Assembly (NCBI GenBank): GCA_036172245.1
Contig: JAYWIR010000012.1
Coordinates: 3,100,001-3,164,000 of the forward strand
DNA length: 64,000 nt
From: Raillietiella orientalis
Lineage: Eukaryota
Reading direction: 5' to 3'
In this document: positions 59,014 to 64,000 of the stretch, in pieces
How positions within the stretch are numbered: position 1 is the first letter of the stretch
How the letters are laid out: each line of letters starts with the position of its first letter
The notes under the pieces: generated by a model
Told to the model about the DNA's origin: nothing
The model's input: only the letters and a program-made list of their open reading frames with translations
The model's database searches: none
Made by a program: the position numbers and the translations under genes

Positions 59014-62000
59014 CTGGAACAAGCGGATGAAAACTCTTCGGGACGCACCCAGGAACAGAGATAGAGGAGAGGGGGCAAGGAGAGAAGGGAGTCCTGGGGA
59101 AAGCCTTCACGAAATTCTTCTCTCTTCCTCCTTCCTTCTCCCCTTCCCCTTCAGAGCAGTGGCGGCTGATCTGCACGAAGAGGAAAAGACGGAAGGAAAG
59201 AGAAAGGAAGGAGGAGGAGGAGGAGACGCTTACGCCCGCACATCCTGGAAAAAGACAGGCGCGTCAGCGTCCGTCCCACCCAAAGGATGAAAGGCGCCGC
59301 CTCAGCAGCCCGTGGGCATCCGGGGCGCCGTTTGTCAGAGGTGGCGGCGGTTCATCCTTCAGGGACGGCACCGAGAAGGCGCGTTTCGGAGGACACCCGC
59401 GTTGCCGAGCGACCGGACGCTGCGGGTCAGCCTGGCAAGCGTTTCCCGGTTGCAGCCGCTCACGCTCTCGAGAGAGGGTGATGAGGGAATCCCCTCTTCG
59501 GGAGATGCTGCTGCGGGTCCTCACTCTCTCAGGCCATCTGCGGTCGGCTTATCATCAGGGGCGCGGCAGGGTAGCCGCGGTCGCCTCCGTCGGGCGGCGC
59601 ACAGCGGCTCTTCTAGGCAGGACGATAGCGTCGAATTCCGAAAGAGCAGGAAAGAAGACGTTCGGGTTTGCTCCCGGGATGCTGTGTCTGGGCTGGCCTC
59701 TTCCACTTCCTCTCTCCCATTCGGTTCTCCCCCCCTCCTCCTCCGTTTGCTCTTTCGCCCGCCGACCGCGATTGCGCTCATGAGAACCGCCGCGCGGGCG
59801 ACTTCTGCCCCGGGCACGTTCAGAACCGGTCTGCCCGCGACCTGGAGATACACGACGAGTACTTCGGCGGGTCATGGCGGGCGGCGCGAAGAGCGTTTAT
59901 GGCCCGGGCAGTAAAAGTTTATTCCGCCCCGGAGACGGACGCGCGGCCTCGCCGGCTCCGTCCGCGGGCGGGAGGGCGTTGCCGAGGAGACGCGCATGCA
60001 GAATGAGGAAGGCGCGTCTTCGCCGTTGCTGCACTCGCTCCTCCCGCTCCTGACCTGGTCGGGGAAAGTTACGGAAGGGCTTCCCTTCAGTAACTTTCCC
60101 CGTAGGGCTTCTACGCAGCCTCCGCATCTCTGCGGTAAGGGTACGTGGCGGAGGAGGGGGTCGGAAGGAAGAGAAGGACGAGGGGGGAAAAAGGAGGAGG
60201 TGATGGTGGTGGTCCTTCTCACGTGCACCTGGGAGAGCGGACCGGAGGTGGGGAAGGGAAGTCGGTAAGGCCAAGAGGAGGAGTTGGGGGGGGGGAGGAG
60301 GAGGAAGAAACTGAAGACCGGCCGGCGCGATCAAAGCGCCTCCCGCCCGCTTTCTTCATGGGCGCGCAACGGGGCCGCCGCCCGTCCCTCCTCGAAGAGC
60401 CGCCTAACGGTCCGCGCACCGGCCGCGGGCCGCCGCTCTGCGCCTCGTGCGCGCGTGGAGATGCGACCTCGCACTCTCGGCGGGATTTCCCATCAGCCTC
60501 CGTCCAGGGAGGAGCAAAAAGACGACAGGAAAAGAGGAAAAAAAGAAATGAAAGAAGGGGGAGGAGAAACCATAAAAGTAGATTTGCTGTGTCTTTCCTC
60601 CCCCCGGAGCGAGGAATTTCTTTTCGCGCGTCGTTGCGCGCGCGGGGGAGGATCGGTAAACACCCGAGTGAACCGCCCAGCTTCTCGCGCGTGCCCGAGG
60701 CGGGAGCACGCGCGTTTCTTGCAGGCGGGAAATCTGGCCAGGGAGAGAAGGAGATCGGCGGGGCACGTTGGATTCGCTCCGGGTGACCACTGCGGGGAGA
60801 AGACACGTGGGAGACACACCTCCTCCAGGCTTACCTCCCTGTCCCCACCCCAGCCCGCTCCGGCGTTCCTGGACAGGGCCGGGACAAATTCTTCTCTCAC
60901 CTCCCCCTCCCCCCATCCTTCGTGGGAGCGATCCTGGAGGCGATTCCGAGTTCTGGCCGGACCTCTCGGAAACGGCAGCGCTGGAATCTGCTCGAAAGCA
61001 GACAGCAAAGGAGTAAGAAGGGGGGAGAGGGAGCTGTGTGGGACTGAGGGTCACCCTCCCGCTCTGCAGCTGCCGGAACACCCACGGAATAGTCTCCGTT
61101 CCTTAGGAGAGGGAAGAGGGGGCACAGGGTGCTCGCGAGTCACGCGCATGAGAGGTGGAAGGCAGAGAGGCCAAGAGCGCACGCTGCTTTTAGATTCCAG
61201 CGACGAAGAAGGTGCTTCTGGAATGCAGGGATGGAGATGCACAACCATGGAGGAGCATCGCCAGCTCTTCCTCTCTCCTTCCCAAGGTGCCCCTCCTGCA
61301 GAGCGAAAAAAGGAAAGAGGAAGAGGAACCTCCCTCTTTCTTCTCCCTCCTCCCTTTTTTTCTCCCTTTCCCTCCTCCTTGCTTTCCTTTTTTCGCTCTG
61401 CAGTTTTTGCAGGCAGGGTTGGATGCGTCCCTCGGGTTCTCGGTAGACTCCCGCCCCCTGTGGGAGAAGAAGAAAAATGAGAGGTCCACCATCCGGCGCC
61501 CTTTCAGAGAGGCTGACTTGGGTTTCATCGTTTCAGGGCTTCTAACTGGCCTCCTTTGTGGAGGATAGGGGTAACGAGAGATCATATCGAGCATTCTCTG
61601 CTCGTTGCTAGCCAACGGGAGGAGGAGAGGAAGAAGAGGAGGGAGGATCAAGGAGGAAGAAGAGAAAAGAAGGAGGAGGAGGAGTAAAAGTGAAGAAGGA
61701 AGGGAAGAGAAGGGAGGGAGGAGGGAAGAGGAAGGGAGATCATGGAGAAAGGGGACAAAGAAGATTTATCCTGGGAATCGTGGGTCTCCCTCGGGCTGCC
61801 TGTTGCCATTCCCGAGGCGGGTGCCTGCGGATAGAGAAGAGGGTGGGAAAGGGAGAGGGGATGAAACAACGACGTCTCCATAGAGGTGTCCGAGAGTGGC
61901 GCTGCTCTCCAGCTCAGTTCCCGGAACGGCCCGCCCAATCTTCCCCCACATTTCGAGGGAGGGGAACTCGCGCGTGTCTCGTGCGGCGTCCACCCCACTT

Positions 62001-62099
62001 TATCGCGTCGGTGGCGGGGATGTGCGGACACTACCATCTGCAATGCTGCAGTCTGCAGCTCCAGAGGTCTTCTCAAACCGAAGAGGCCAGCCAGAGGAG

Positions 62100-62520
62100 G
62101 AAATGAAGTGGGAGAAAGAAGGAGGAGGGAGAGGAAGAGGAAGGAAAGGAGAGGGAAGCGAGGTGCAGGTGGAGGAGAAGGAAGGGAGGAATAGTGAAGG
62201 AAAAGTAGGGAGGGAAGAGGAAAAGAGAGAGAAGGAGGGAAAGGAGGAAAAGGAGGAAGCAGAAGAGGAAAGGAGGAGGAAGGGAATAGGAGGAGAAAAA
62301 ATAGCTGGAAAGGTGGATGGGGGAGGAGAGAGAGAGGAGCAAGGGAGGATGGGAGAGGAGGGAGAGAGGAGCAAGGGAGGATGGGGGAGGAGGGAGAGAG
62401 GAGCAAAGGGAGGATGGGGGAGGAGGAGGAGGAAGAGAGGACAAGGAAATGAAGAAGAGGACGAGAAACGAAAGGAGGAAGAGAAGAAGGAAAAGAAAGA
62501 GCAGCTAAAGAGAGGGATTA
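62100..62520. repeat. Purine-rich (GA) low-complexity tract with ~32-bp tandem units at ~62320-62420
   Basis: gagagaggagcaa(a)gggaggatggg repeated about three times. Similar tracts at 18410-18570, 20540-20790, 25140-25420, 37480-37600 and 61615-61760. Confidence 0.85.
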
Positions 62521-62661
62521 TGATGGGTGGAGAATAAAAGAGTGTGGACAAGGGAGAAGAGGAAGAACGGACCGAATAGTAAAGGAGGAAACACCCCCGC
62601 TCTAGGGGAGATGAACCGCTGCTGCCGCCGCCACCACTGCTGCTTTGCCGAGTGCCCTTAC

Positions 62662-62972
62662 CCTTCTTCCTGCCCGGTTGTTATGGTCGTTCATCAGCAC
62701 CACGGACAGCTTCTCTCCGTCGGGGGACCGCGCGTGGTCGCGCCTAGCCCGCCTCTTCCTCCTCTTCCCGCGATCGAGGAAGCTCTTGCTGAAGCGGATC
62801 CCGTAGTGGACGTTGTCGGCGCAGCCTCCCCACTGGAAGTTTCCATTGGGGGGTTCCTGGGGCATCGAGCCGCACCCACAGGAAAACACCCGTCCCGCCG
62901 AGCAGGCTCTGGACACGTAGTAGGCCAGGGAGGCCGATGACAGCGCGTACACGAAGGCTTGCTCCCTCGTTC
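62662..62972 (-). CDS. Wnt11: Wnt11-type ligand, internal exon (upstream exons not found in window)
   Basis: ccccag|GTREQAFVYALSSASLAYYVSRACSAG..CGCG..EPPNGNFQWGGCADNVHYG..LMNDHNNRAGRR|gtaagg. AFVYALS, EPP..WGGCADN and CKYHWCCYV favour the Wnt11 subfamily (assignment by recall, not phylogeny). Confidence 0.92.
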
Positions 62973-64000
62973 CTGGGGAAGGGAACGAAAGCTGGACTTT
63001 CGAGAGAACGGCAGTCGGCAAGAACTTGCAAAGCCCACCGAGACTCACCCTTCCTCCTCCCCCCGCAATCTCCCGCCTCTTTGGAAGTCCGGAGGAACGA
63101 AAGAAGGAACGCGCGGTTTGCGGGCGTCAGAGGACTCGGGGATCAGTGGACGACCAGAGGTCCGGACCTCGAACTTTTCCGGGAACCGGGAGGCCCTCGC
63201 GACCTTCAATTGTCCTTCTGGAAGGGAGGTAAGGGACTTCTGTCCCTGCCGGAAGCCCTTTTCTCCTCCTTCTCTTCCCGTCCCGTCTCCCGGGTGACGA
63301 TTGATACCCTCGGCAAAGTCTTCCGCCATCTTCCACCGGGAAGGCCAGGACTCGCTTTCAGCTCCCGAGGATGCAGGGTCAGACCTCCTCCCAGATATCC
63401 TCGAGGATTTCAGGAGAACTCTGAATACCTCGATCCGGCTCACCAAGTTCACTCTCCGGAAGGACCTCATCCTCCAGAGACCGTCAGGCAAGAGCGGGTC
63501 GAGCTTCCGAGGAAGGCTCCACGAAGCTTCTCTCCCTACCGCGTGCACAGGCAGTTGGCTCCCGGACGTTTTCCGGTCCAAAGAGCGGCTCTTCGGAGAG
63601 CAGCCTTGGATCCTTGCCACCTCACTCGCCCACCTGGTTTCGAACCCAGCCCGGACTCAATCCCATCTCATCAGGGTTGTGCGGGAGGAGGGATGAGGGG
63701 AACGGGACTCTCAAAGCGTGAGGGATCCTTCCACGGTCGCAGCTGCTGCTGATACGGACGTCCCCTTTGCCCGCGCATCCCAATCCTCTCCCGGAGCCCG
63801 GGGAAGGACAAGCAGCTTCTTGAGGAACAGACGTTTTCTTTCCCGAGTCAGAGAGATAGAGAGGACGGGAGAGCGAGCAAAGTTCATTCAGGTGGTTGGA
63901 AGCGGTGGTGACGCGGCGACTCTTCACCGCAAAGAGAACTCGCCCTCCTCCCCCTGACCCACCCTCCCGATTCCCACTGCCCATCCGTGGCCGCAAAACC

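Noticed and set aside
58429..59022. Apparent frameshift making Wnt a pseudogene
   Set aside because: A canonical 53-nt GT-AG intron (58668-58720) restores the frame and the full C-terminal cysteine pattern.
63300..63460. AIFHREGQDSLS resembling RT GIFQGDSLSP, or a further Wnt exon
   Set aside because: A single weak motif with no YxDD follow-up, and no Wnt N-terminal signature (e.g. CQxQF..RWNC) found in 62973-64000.

Overview
This is eukaryotic (metazoan, probably arthropod-like) genomic DNA, so most of the six-frame ORF track is spurious. Two host genes are recognisable. The first is a complete 4-exon ribosomal protein L14 gene (+, 43727-45095, 158 aa) in an AT-rich island, with a candidate SNORD49/U49-type C/D-box snoRNA in intron 2 and an apparent 38-nt intron 3. 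The second is the last three coding exons of a Wnt11-type gene (-, 58493-62972), whose 5' exons are not recognised in the window. Most of the rest is a GC-richer patchwork of decayed non-LTR retrotransposons: L1/Tx1-type pieces (APE, RT, zf-RVT) and restriction-like-endonuclease elements resembling Utopia/NeSL. It also holds at least five copies of an apparently tRNA-headed SINE-like repeat, a GMC-oxidoreductase pseudogene and several local duplications. The most striking duplications are a near-perfect 2129-bp inverted repeat (3447-5575 / 11124-13252) and an inverted copy of a Wnt exon-intron junction at about 24.9-25.6 kb. I see no CRISPR array, rRNA or intact transposon, and no convincing novel multi-gene system. 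All alignments were made by eye, and TE boundaries are approximate.
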